From Podarcis bocagei (taxonomy: Eukaryota), in the NCBI GenBank assembly GCA_964188305.1, contig OZ076896.1: a stretch of DNA of 64,000 nt. One strand, given 5' to 3'. This document shows, one piece after another, positions 24,134 through 35,859 of the stretch. The notes beneath the pieces are model-generated. The model ran no database searches and was not told the DNA's origin. It saw only the letters and a list, made by a program, of their open reading frames with translations. Each line of letters opens with the position of its first letter. The first letter of the stretch is position 1. The position numbers and the translations under genes are program-made.

Positions 24134-25002
24134 GACTAGATGATCCTCAGGGTCTCTTCCAACTCTATAATTCTATGCTGGTGTACCCTGCTGAAAAGTC
24201 CTTGCTGTGTTCCTCCCTCACCTCTGCTGTTGCTACACCACCAAGAAAAAAAGCCAGAATCTGCCTTGTCACCACAGTCAAACCCGAGGTTAAGAGTAGC
24301 TTCCTCCAATAAGCTAAGACAGCTGGTTTGTTCAGAGAGAAACAAATCCTGATTCAGCCAGCACCACAGGCCAGAGTGAGTCTTATTACCTATTGGCATG
24401 TCAGGAACGGGGAAGGAGCACAACAATAACTTTATCAGCAACGTGCACCGAAGCACATTCAAATTAAACCATAGTTTGTTTTTTAACTCTGGGGTTGATG
24501 TGCAGCCCAGACCCTATGTGTTGCATTTTAACAGTAACTTCTTATTTTGCAACTAATAATAAGATAAAGTTAAGGAGGCAGGGAGGTTAATTTTAAATTT
24601 TATATTGTTTCTCTATGAACTGGGTAATTATTTTACTTACCCTTCCCAAGGTACAGCATAGACTTTAAGCTAACTAGAACATACACACGCATACCAGAAG
24701 GGATTCTCTTCCAAACATTTTTTTTCAGTTTCCCTATCCAAGCGTAAAACAATTGTGTGTTTTTAAATAAGTCAGGCCGCATTGTAATTGCGGAAACAAA
24801 AGCCACTTACCCTAACCTTCAATTAAAGCAGTTTTTTAAAAGTCTCCCAGACCAAGGGAGGCAGCAGCGTGCCTAGCGAGAAATGAAATCTGCTGAAATG
24901 TAGATACAGGCTGAGTCAGAGAGAATCCCGCAAACCATCAGAATGTGATCTTCTGCATCCACAAGCGAAGCGCTTATTGTTTGGGTACCTTTTTGTTTCT
25001 AG

Positions 25003-25156
25003 CCTGTAGAGAAATCTACATCTGATCGCGAAAGGGAAGCGGAGAGGGAGCGAGATCGACATTCCCCTTTTAGTCAACGGCATCTTCATACCCATCACCA
25101 CACCCATGTCGGAATGGGCTACCCACTAATTCCTGGTCAATACGACCCGTTTCAAG
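25003..25156 (+). CDS. ZNF608: ZNF608 coding exon with RE-rich and His-rich (HLHTHHHTH) motifs
   Basis: ttctag|CCT GTA GAG...GQYDPFQ G|gtgagc. Confidence 0.96.
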
Positions 25157-25404
25157 GTGAGCTGCGTCTTCCTGTTTGGAATCATTAAAGTGGCTGAACT
25201 TGACTGACTTGGATCGCACGTAGCACTGAACCACAGTGTAGTATTATGGCAACAATCCACACTCCAGCCCCTTTCCTACTGTGCACTGCAAGGAGATCAG
25301 AAGATGAAAGTCCCCTTCTCCACCTCCAGTGTAACTGCAAGGAGGAGATTAAGAAGCTTCCATTCTAAAGATTATGTCTGAGTCTTAAAATGTGGTTCAT
25401 CTAC

Positions 25405-25540
25405 CAGGGTTTTCCAAACTTTGGTCTCCAGCTGGTTTTGAACTACAATTCCCATCACCCCTGAACACTGGTCCTGATAGCTAAGGATGATGGGAGTTGT
25501 AGTCCCAAAGCTGCTGAAGACCCAAATTTAGGAAGCCCTG
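25405..25540. mobile_element. Short hAT-type MITE (internal hairpin, GGGAGTTGTAGT family)
   Basis: CAGGGTTTTCCAAACTT...AATTTAGGAAGCCCTG; internal inverted ACTACAATTCCCATCA/TGATGGGAGTTGTAGT; relics also near 2200-2310 and 20530-20600. Confidence 0.65.
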
Positions 25541-25852
25541 ATCTAGACTGATTAATGAGTCTAGCTTCAGTCCCCCGTGGTGTGCAAGTTGGATTGTTTC
25601 CATTGATTATAGTTAAATCTGACTACAGTTTGTCCAGGTTTAGATATATGGAGAAACAGCAACTGGACTAAAATGGAAGAGAAAGGTTTCTGAATGCCTC
25701 CCCAAACCTGAACCAAGGGGAGGAGGGGGCAATACGCAACACTTAAGACTCTCTGGCACTTGGCCTCATAACAGTAAACCATGGTTTAGCAATACATGCA
25801 AGTGCAACATTTTCCCATGCTTTTAATATAAGACATGCCTATGGAGAGGGAT

Positions 25853-26214
25853 GGACGCGGGTAGCGCTGTGGCCTAAACCACAGAGCCTAGGGCTTGCCG
25901 ATCAGGAGGTTGGCGGTTTGAATCCCCGCAACGGGGTGAACTCCCATTGTTGAGTCCCAACTCTTGCCCACCTAGCAGTTCGAAAGCACATCAACTGCAG
26001 GTAGATAAATAGGTACCACTGTGGCGGGAAGGTGTTTCAGTGCACTGCTCTGGTTTGCCAGAAGCGGCTTAGTCATGCTGGCCACATGACCCAGAAGCTG
26101 TCTGCCTGGTAGACAAACACCGGCTCCCTCGGCCTATAGAGCAAGATGAGCACCGCAACCCCAGAGTCGTCCACGACTGGACCTAATGGTCAGGGGTATC
26201 TTTACCTTTACCTT
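25853..26214 (+). mobile_element. Sauria SINE, full length
   Basis: TSD TATGGAGAGGGAT on both sides. Confidence 0.92.
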
Positions 26215-27330
26215 TATGGAGAGGGATATAATCTTGCAAATTAAGTTTCCTTATTTTTTAATTTTTTTGCATGACTATTTGAAAAAAAAAATATGTCACT
26301 TTCCTTGATGTACGAGGTTACATTATGGGTACTTCAGATTTCAGCATGAACTTACATTAAACTAAGAAGAGACAGTCAAAGGATGTTTTGCTTTGCTTGG
26401 GGAGGGGGGCATTTACTGCCAATTACCTTGTGCAAGCGATATAAAGAGTGTGATACAGAGTGAAGATTTTTAATGCACATAGAGATCTCAAAGATTGAAC
26501 CTAGGAGCTTCTGCATACAAAGCAAATACTGTACCACTGAAGTATGCTTTTGGAATGCTTGCGCATTAGAAAAGGACATAGCAGTCTTAACATTCTCCCA
26601 GCTCCCAAATTAGGACAGTGTTTATTTAGAGAAGTCCTCGACTCCCTGTTAATGGAGCCGCAGATGGGTTCACAGTAAGCTACACAAGCGAGCTTTTTTT
26701 CCCCCCTGCTGCCCCTGTCGTCTAGCAATATTAAAAGGAGATTCTTCCCCTATGCAGAAAAGAGCCACTGTCGTGTTTGCAGCACAAATGGCATTAATTC
26801 ATTATGTTCACTTGGCGCCTTCGCAGTTCCTTTCTTTCTTGGAAGTCCTGACTGTTTCAAAATGCAATTCAATGGCTCCGTACGCCTTATGGGATACATT
26901 ATGTGCATTCAAAAGGAAAAACGTTAAAATGATAGCTATTATGAAAGTATTATGTTCTGAGTAGCTACCACGCCGTCGCCGCAACTCACTGTGACTTTTG
27001 ATTCTTGTTGTTTCCCGGTGCCTATTATTTCTACTGAGCTTCCTATTCAGGAATTCATACAAGCCATTTAGCACCATGCAGTGCAGCACTTGGAAAAGAA
27101 TACAATAAGGTGGAATGCCTTCTTCCCCTTACAAAATGCCTATTAGGTGGAATCGGAAGAAGGCATGCTGGCTAAAGGAGGCAGGCAGCTTTTCCTCCTT
27201 CTGCCTGCCTGCAATTATTATGTATGCTTTCTGCACAGAGTACGGCGGGGCTGTTGTGATTTCATGTCTTGTTAAAACCAGTGGAGGAGATCCATCCATT
27301 GAGATACACTGTTTTCACCTTTTCCTCCAG

Positions 27331-27412
27331 GGCTGACCTCTGCTGCCCTTGTCGCCACTCAGCAGGTCGCGGCTCAAGCTTCTGCATCTGGTATGTTTCC
27401 TGCACAACGGAG
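27331..27412 (+). CDS. ZNF608: ZNF608 penultimate coding exon
   Basis: ctccag|GG CTG ACC ([27 protein letters not shown]) AG|gtaaat. Confidence 0.95.
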
Positions 27413-28415
27413 GTAAATATCCTGTAAACCTCGAAATTATACGCGTAACAGGCATCTTACTAGGGAGGAGGGGAAGCGAACCACAGTCTTTTGAGGGTGG
27501 AGAGGTCTACATAGACTTCTGAATGGGCAGGTGCTTTCTTTGGTTAATAGCAGCGTTACTCTACTCACGATAACGTTTTACGTGGAGCTGATTCCGTCGC
27601 GTAGATAATTGATCGCTGAACCAGACTGTTCCCTTGAAATATGTGTACATACCGCATTGGCCCGAATACAAGCCGCACTTTCCCCCCCAAATTCCGACCG
27701 TGGAAAGTTAAAAGTGTGGCTTAAATTCGCGACCTTACACAAATGGGCTTTTACGGTATCGCTGCTGGAACAGACATACGGCAAAATGGAACAAAAAAAA
27801 AAGTTCTATTGCTGATTTGGAATTGTAGCAATTGAATAGCGATTTGCGATTGTACGGTAACTTTTGCGGGCTTGCAAGATCAAAGGCTTAAATTGGCTCA
27901 GAGTTACAATTCTACCAACCACAGCAATTTTCAGTCTGTAACCCAATTTTAAGGGATCAGCTTATATTCAGACCAATATGGTATATTGCCCATCATGTCA
28001 AAGCAAGTCATTTAGAATTTGCAGACTATTTGTGTGTGTGTGTGTGTGCGCGTGCGCGTGCACCCTCTTTAAACCAAATGTGCATCTCTTTCTGATGTCT
28101 TCTGATATTTGTAAGAAGCTATGTGTTAGTAGAAAACTAGGAGCAGCACTTTCTCATAGCATGTGACGTGCATTTCTTTGTAAATTATTTATCTGCTTTT
28201 AAATAGGATTACTTTTCAACCTTTCAAAGGAAATGGAAACCTTATATATAATTAAATGCAAGTTAATTTGGTGCAGCTTTTAATGACCCAGACTTTCCAG
28301 TGCTGCTATAGCATAATTCGCGGCCCTCCCCCACTCTCGTTTACTGAGGTTGTTGACATAAATTAATGAGACTGCATTGTTCTGAAATAATCCCTGCCTT
28401 TCTTTTCTTTTTCAG

Positions 28416-28422
28416 AGAATGA
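28416..28422 (+). CDS. ZNF608: ZNF608 terminal exon coding part (R-E-stop)
   Basis: Polypyrimidine tract then ttcag|A GAA TGA, completing ...QRRE*. Confidence 0.9.
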
Positions 28423-28641
28423 TAATTTTGGAAATGTGCATCGTCATGTGACTGGATCACATGAAGAAGAAAAANNNNNNNNNNNNNNNNNNNNNNNNNN
28501 NNNNNNNNNNNNNNNNNNNNNNNNNNNNNNNNNNNNNNNNNNNNNNNNNNNNNNNNNNNNNNNNNNNNNNNNNNNNNNNNNNNNNNNNNNNNNNNNNNNN
28601 NNNNNNNTGTTTTTTATATATATATGCTTATATAAATATAA

Positions 28642-28672
<31 letters not shown>

Positions 28673-29200
28673 AATATATTCTTTACTTTTTGTATCGGTA
28701 ATCAGGCTCACACAGAGAGCCTGCTGCTAAGTTGTAAACCACAAAGTAAATGAAAAGAAGTGTGTTGTCTTGTTTGGAAAACGTTAACCACAAAAAGGTT
28801 GTTTGTTTCTTCTTTTCCTTCCTTTGGCTTTTTTAATTGTAAATAACTAACGTTGCGTATCTGTGTGCCTGAACCTTGCATACCCTTCTACTATTGCCCA
28901 CAACCCTCAATAGAGGTTAACTGTGACGACGACGACGACACTTTGGTACAATTTAGATGTCTATTTGGTATCTCCTATTAAGATGCATCAGTGTAAAATG
29001 TTACTGTATTAACTGTCTCATTGTAATTGTGTATTGTGAAGAATATACATTCGGAAGGCATGGGGTTGCCAGTACCACAAAAACTGTGTTGTACATAATG
29101 TACAGGATTTTAAATGGGGAAATAATGAGCACCTGTGAATAATGAAATGTCCTTTTTATAATCTTGAATGGCAAATAACCCAATAGCCTGCATACCAGAA
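28423..29200 (+). other. ZNF608: ZNF608 3'UTR (3' end approximate)
   Basis: AU-rich sequence after the stop; Pumilio-type TGTAAATA 28838-28845 and TGTACATA 29090-29097; no clear AATAAA seen. Confidence 0.65.
28475..28607. other. Assembly gap (N run)
   Basis: 133 N. Confidence 1.
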
Positions 29201-29277
29201 GACGTCTGTGATTGTTCTATTACTTGAATAGTCCTGCAGTCTTTTTTTTAATGTTTACAATTATCCCGTTTTAGAAG

Positions 29278-29416
29278 NNNNNNNNNNNNNNNNNNNNNNN
29301 NNNNNNNNNNNNNNNNNNNNNNNNNNNNNNNNNNNNNNNNNNNNNNNNNNNNNNNNNNNNNNNNNNNNNNNNNNNNNNNNNNNNNNNNNNNNNNNNNNNN
29401 NNNNNNNNNNNNNNNN
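29278..29416. other. Assembly gap (N run)
   Basis: 139 N. Confidence 1.
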
Positions 29417-29468
29417 TTTTGTACTTTCTGGTGTCGCACCGTTGATTTACAGATCCTTGGGCTTAAGG

Positions 29469-29704
29469 CAGGGGGGGCAGTCCACTGTCCCTCAGACATT
29501 GTGGTGGGCCGGACTATATTTGTGGGGGGGGGGAAGGGGAATGAACAAATTCCTATACCCCACAAATAACCCAGAGATGCATTTTAACTAAAAGGACACA
29601 TTCTACTCATATATAAACACGCTGATTCCCAAACTGTCTGTGGGCTAGATTGAGAAGGTGATTGGGCCAGATCCGGCCCCCAGGCCTTAGTTTGCCTACC
29701 CATG
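29469..29704. mobile_element. hAT MITE (same family as 23883-24133)
   Basis: Shared body; degenerate TSD GCTTAAGG/GCTTAAAC. Confidence 0.75.
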
Positions 29705-31141
29705 GCTTAAACGCTCCTTCTAATGTTCACATATTGAACTCTTAACTGAGATTTGAGGAAGGGCATTTCAAGTGCACTCTTTCTAGAAAAAGGGGTGCCA
29801 GAACTCACCATGAAAGCCTCCCTTGTCCTCTTACAATGAGAATGGTGCCCATCTGAGATGTGCCAGAACTGGGTTCAGGCTGAAAAAAGCCCTGGGTGAG
29901 GGAGGGGAGCTGGCCCCCACTGGCCTGACTATCACCACTTGGCTCCTTAGCTTAGAGCTTGGGAGCAGTAATTCTGGAGGGGAGCTAAGAGCTACTAGGA
30001 TTCTTTGAAAACTAGCACCACACTAATGTCAGACGGGTAGTCTCTCCCCCCCCCCCAATTTAGAACCGGATTAGTCTACCCAAAAATAAGGTGGTGGTTT
30101 CTACAAAAATGTGTATCAGCTATATGTACCCTGAGATGATTGGGGGTGATCCTCAGTGTCCTGAATTGGATCACATAATGAAGCTTGTTGAATCAGATCA
30201 GGGCATCCCCAATCTTCCACGTAGCTCTGTTGCCTTATTTCCACAAAAAGATACCAAACAGATAGAATCATAGAAGGGAAAGGACCCCAAAAGTCATCTA
30301 GTCCAGTGCCTCCATGACATGGCCATATCCCTCTGTTTTTTCCTTTAAGGATGGTACTCCAGGAAGGGGGGCGGATTTTTTTCCACTTTTAAAATTCACC
30401 TGACGTGATAGCTCCTGGATCAACTTGCCTGAGCTTTGACAGATTTCTTACTCAGGCACACCTTCTTCATGTCCACAGTTTTCAAACAGATTGCCCCCTC
30501 CCCTCCCCCAAAGGAGGAAAAAAACTGGAGGGGAAGAGGTGTTATTTCTGTTTTTCCACCCCAAAATACCTTGCGAGGAGAACTGCTGCACCTCATCGTC
30601 TGAACTTTTTCCGGTTTCATCCCCTCAGAAGGTCTCTTGCCTGCAATATGTATCTGGCAGAAGATAAAAAGCAGAGACTTTATAACAAACATGCACATTA
30701 AAAGTTCCTTGCGTGGAAACCCCTGAATGGATCTGCCTTGAACTTGACTGGGATAATCCACTTACAGGACGGGTCTTCTGCCTCCAGATTTCATTCACTT
30801 ATGTGACTCGGGGGAGGGGGGCGGATACAGCTAATATTAGTTTCCCTCATTCTGCCATTTGTTTACTTAAGCCTGTTCAATACCTCTCATTCCCCCACTC
30901 CCAGAAGGACTAATAGCTGCTGGGGAGGCAAAATTTTGCTTTAAAAATGGTATGGGGGAAAAGATGAGTTAAATAATTGCACCAGCGATACCGTTCTGAT
31001 CCAATCCCACCTGCTGCTTTGTTTCCAAAACAAAGAGGAGGAGATCCAATTGTTGATCTTCCATCTGGGGAAGAGCAATGAGTTTTCATCTGTGAAAACA
31101 ACCACCAACTATATCTGGTCAGTCCCCACACTCTCCCAGTA

Positions 31142-31382
31142 CAGTGGGACCTCAGTTTTCGAGTGTCTCAGAAGCCAAAGGTTTGGGAAGCCAAACGCCA
31201 AAAACCCGGACATAATTGCTTCCATTTTTGAATGCGCCTCAGAAGTCAAATGGCTTCCACTGCGTGTTTTTTAATTTTCTCAATGGATTTTGCCAACCGC
31301 CCATTGCTCCTTGATTTTCGAACGTTTCGGAAGTCGAATGGTCTTCCAGAATGGATTACGTTTGAAAACCGAGGCTCCATTG
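31142..31382. mobile_element. Tc1/mariner MITE
   Basis: TA|CAGTGGGACCTCAGTTTTC...GAAAACCGAGGCTCCATTG|TA; related to 38719-38877. Confidence 0.78.
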
Positions 31383-33533
31383 TACTGATAAAAATGGCAG
31401 GTAACAGTCCAACTTTGCAGCGGCAGCCATACCCAACTGAGTGGAGTTACTGAGCCTGCCCCTGGTTGCATAAGCCAACCAAGTAGCATCAGCTGAAGTA
31501 CATAATGCATGCAGCGAACCAAAGACCTTTGTCACTGCTTTTGCGTATCCCAAGGGGACTTTGGGTGTTGAATCTCTCAAGCAGCCTTTCCCCATGCAAA
31601 GTAGTTCTGCACTGTCAAAACAAAGGGGACTTTCAAAAGGAATTGCTATGGTTTGCTGGCCCGTTGTTCAAGGAGGAGGCCATTGCTTGTGTTCCAAACC
31701 TTGGTCATGCCTAAAGCATCAAGCCAGGTGTTTGCAACTTGCTATTCAGTTACCTGGAATGCTTTTAAATTTCAGCACATATCCCCAAAAGTTGCGTTGA
31801 CACTTTGAGAAGCAGCTTTTATTGCTGGGCAATGAACCATTTGACGCAGAACCGGTACAGGCAGTTTTCTTTCAGTGGATTCCTATGAACTTCTTTCAGC
31901 ATCGCTCCAAAGGCCTTTTGAATTTCTATAGCATTCTCCCTTAATTATATGATTGCTGTTCTTTGAGCTTTTGGTTAGTATAGTAGAGCTTATTTATTAC
32001 ATGGAATATAATGCTACAGAATTTGTCCGCGAAAAGATAATGGAGCAGCAATTTCAGCTGAAATGTATCTATGAAGAAAGCAAAGTGAATAAGGATACCA
32101 GAAAAAGACTTGAGGGAGGGGGAACATGGCCGTGTGTAGCTGTCAGTTATTTCCTTTCTTCAGTGTTGCATCAGTGGCATGTGAATGTATTGCCCCATGA
32201 AAAGCAACTGCAAGGAGGCCATTTTGGATCAAAACCATAGAGTTGAAGGAGGTTAACCAGTGTCCGGGCTGAATGATGGGGGTGGAGACGCTCCTTCAGG
32301 TTTACAGGACCTCCAACATTTCTCCAGTGAGAATAGGGATGTCCTACCATACCCTCTAACACTTCTCTGATGAAAATAGGGAAGTCCTAAGGAAAAGTGG
32401 GACGGCTTCTGTCAATCCGGCACTGTCCCTGGGATATTGGGACACTTGGAGGGTCTGCCTTTAATATCTCGACCTAGGAGCAAGAGATATGTCCTTTTTT
32501 CAGCAGCATGATGTTCTCCAAGACCCTGACTATTTATGATCCTGTTGCATGTGGGAGGGGATGGATTTGTGCCCCAGATGTGTTTCAGTTCATTAGAGTT
32601 TATGTTCTGTTCAAATGTTTTATTGTTCTGATGGGTTAGCACTCCATCCCTGCCACCAAGATGCAGACATCTGGTTGCTGAACTTTAATGGCAACGCTTG
32701 TTATGTTATCTTGTTGAAGGATCAGGTCTGGCTCTCTCATAAAGGCAAGATACTGCACACCCTGCGCTTTTCCAGTGCGTTGCTATTGAAAAATCGGCTT
32801 GTGCAACATCCTGCTTTGTAAATTGGCTTTTTCCGGACAGCGCGTCTGCTCACTTTAGTGCTTAGTACACCAGATCAGAGCCAGCCTCTGCACAGCAGTC
32901 TCTATACTGCAATATGCATTTGTGAAATTTGCATTTTTTTTGTGTGCCAGTTGTGTTTGCCATTGAAGTGAATGGAATGCATGCAACTTTCAAAACTGGC
33001 CCATGGGAAAGTGTGCAAGAAAAGCGCACAATGAACAAAAAACTGAAATCTCCAGTAAATGCAGAATACATGGCAATAATGTGCAACATTTTAGGCACAA
33101 CACATACATTATTTTGTAGTGTTATTGCAACTGCAGAGTTCTGTACAAAATTGCCTAGATAGGTGCCTTTGTGACAAGCATATATTTGCATACCTCACTC
33201 TTTCATTTGCTGTGTCCCTCTTTGAGCTCTGTATAGCATAAAACATGCTCTGGTTGCATTGTCTCGCAGACAATGAGCTTTCTTTTGTACTTAATGTTGC
33301 ATTTAACTTGAGCGCTCCCAGTAACACTCATAAAGGGAGAAGCAGAGAGAGACAGGATCACTCTGATTCTCAGTGTGCATGAGCTGGCAGTTCTTCTGGT
33401 GCAGTGGGTCCCAAAATTTCCCCACGTCCCATGGACCACTTGAAAATTGCTGAGGGTCCTGGCAAACCACTTAATGTTTTTTCTACCTCCTGTAGCAATA
33501 GTGATATACACACAGTGCTAGATGTTGTGCTGT

Positions 33534-33883
33534 GGGGATGCGGGTGGTGCTGTCGTCTAAACCACAGAGCCTAAGGCTTGCTGATCAGAAGGTCAGCGGT
33601 TCAAACCCCCGCCATGAGGTGAGCTCCCATTGCTGGGTCCCAGCTCCTGCCAACCTAGCAGTTCAAAAGCACGTCAAAGTCAAGTAGATAAATTGGTACC
33701 GCTCCAGCGGGAAGGTAAACAGCGTTTCGTGCGCTGCTCTGGTTCCCCAGAAGTGGCTTAGTCATGCTGGCCACATGACCTGGAAGCTGTACGCCGGCTC
33801 CCTCGGCCAGTAAAGCAAGATGAGCGCCACAACTCAGAGTCATCCACAACTGGGCCTTACGGTCAGGGGACCCTTTACCTTTA
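33534..33883 (+). mobile_element. Sauria SINE with ~43-bp flanking duplication
   Basis: Full SINE; flanks 33487-33529 and 33884-33926 match with 4 mismatches. Confidence 0.9.
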
Positions 33884-34844
33884 CTCTTGTAGCAATAGTG
33901 ATGTACACACTGTGCTAGATGCTGTGTGGTTTTACTTCTATGTTTATGGCTTCCTTTGTTTCTCATAGATTGTGTTTTATTGCATTATAATCTGAATTGA
34001 ATTCAAATTGTAGGTGCTCTTTACAGATGCAAAGCAAGCCACCTGAATGAAGCTCGTGGCATTTGCTTAGTGGTCCGTAGGCCACTTTTTCTGAGCACTT
34101 TTCCAAAGGAATTGTTTTTGTGATAAATGTGCAGTCATTCATTTGTTTTGGGGGACCCAGATATATTCCCCTCAGGTAGAATTTCTGTGGCTGTTATACA
34201 GGTATGATGATGTCCCATACTTATCTGAAGGAGGTTTTAAAAATGATACAACACATATCGCAACCATTCAAAATTGACACAACACAAATAGACAACATAC
34301 CATTATGTGTGCAGACGAGGAAATAAACGATATATTTTCAGCCAACCTGAATGTAACAAATATCTGTAAAAGCTTTTCTAAATAAAAGGACACTGCACTT
34401 TACTCACACTCAAACTACAATGTCTGCTAACTGGGGAAATGCAGTTTTTAAGTAAAAAGGCTCAACCTTTTTTGTATTTATAGAAAAAAATCTTCATATA
34501 CTACAAAATGGAAGATATGCTCCTTTAAACAAGGCTTTCCACAACAAAAGGAACTGACCTGTGAAATGATTCATAATACTTCCCATTTCCACCCTGGAAC
34601 TGTCCTTTCCACTCTTCATGAAGCTCCCCACAGCCATTTGGAAATGTGCCATGACCTGCTTCCCAGTGCTATATAATTAAGGTTTTTGCTGGTTTTTGCA
34701 GATCCTATTTAGTTTATTTATGGTGGGTTGGATCAAGAGACTCTATGTGTAGAATTCTGCTCACAGAACACAGAGGAGATTTTTCTTATTGCTCCTCCCC
34801 CTGCAACTCCATGTGTCCCCTCAAAATGCTCTATAGGTTGGATG

Positions 34845-34851
34845 TAATAAT

Positions 34852-34911
<60 letters not shown>

Positions 34912-34925
34912 AATAATAATAATAA
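34845..34925. repeat. (AAC)n/(AAT)n microsatellite
   Basis: Direct reading; forms the tail of the adjacent L2. Confidence 0.9.
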
Positions 34926-34926
34926 A

Positions 34927-35319
34927 TTACTTATACTCTGCCCATCTGGCCGGGTCTCCTAGCCACTCTGGGCAGCTCCCAATAGAATATTAAAGCCATG
35001 ATAAAACATCAAACATTAAAAACTTCCTGATACAGAGTTGCCTTCAGATGTCTTCTAAAAGTCAGATAGTTGTTTATTTCCTTGACATCTGATGGGAGGG
35101 CGTTCCACAGGTGGGCACCACTACCGAGAAGGCCCTCTGCCTGGTTCCCTGCAACCTCACTTCTCGCAATGAGGGAACCGCCAGAAGGCCCTCGGAGCTG
35201 GACCTCAGTGGCTGGGCTGAACGATGGGAGTGGAGATGCTCCTTCTGGTATACTGGGCCAAGGCCGTTTAGGGCTTTAAAGATCAGCATCAGCACTTTGA
35301 ATTGTGCTCAGAAACATAC
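34927..35319 (-). mobile_element. L2 LINE 3' fragment
   Basis: Minus-strand peptide FKALNGLGPVY...LRSSSEGLLAVP...GTRQRAFSVV is typical of the L2 ORF2 C-terminus. Confidence 0.82.
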
Positions 35320-35347
35320 CCCCTTATATAACAAAGAATTAATAAAT

Positions 35348-35502
35348 ATTGATGCTTTTGAATTATGGTGCTGCAGGAGACTCTTGAGAGTCCCATGGAC
35401 TGCAAGAAGACCAAACTGCAGGAGGCAGTGGAAGACAGGAGTGTCTGGTCCATGGGGTCACGAAGAGTTGGACATGACTAAATGACTAAACAACAACAAC
35501 AA
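35348..35502 (+). mobile_element. Bov-B (RTE) 3' fragment, internally deleted
   Basis: IDAFELWC.RRLLRVPWTARR joined directly to the 3' end; (CAA)n tail. Confidence 0.85.
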
Positions 35503-35664
35503 TCACACAACAGATACAACTTTGTATATTAGATATGTCTTACACTCAAGAACAAAGTAAAGACCCAAGTAGATTGATGCATGTATTACATCCCTGGTAT
35601 CCTACCAGTTGGCTGGGGCTGGCATGGGTTGTAGTCCAAAACCATCCAGAGGGAGCCACATGGA

Positions 35665-35859
35665 TAGGGTTGCCATACGTCTGCAATTTCCAGAACATGT
35701 CTGGGTTTCCAATGATGGAATTAGTGTCCAGGGGGGATTTTGGGAAAGCAGCCAAGTTTCTGGGTTTTTGAAACTTCCCCAAAGCTCAACAACTATCTTT
35801 GGGTGATTTCCAAACTTCTTTATGTCCAGATTTTTACTTCTTGAAATATGGCAACCCTA
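35665..35859. mobile_element. hAT MITE (TAGGGTTGCCATA TIR)
   Basis: 13-bp TIRs TAGGGTTGCCATA / TATGGCAACCCTA; degenerate TSD CACATGGA/CACATTGG. Confidence 0.75.

Noticed and set aside
28436-29565. ORFs spanning N runs
   Set aside because: Artefacts of assembly gaps and a TA repeat.
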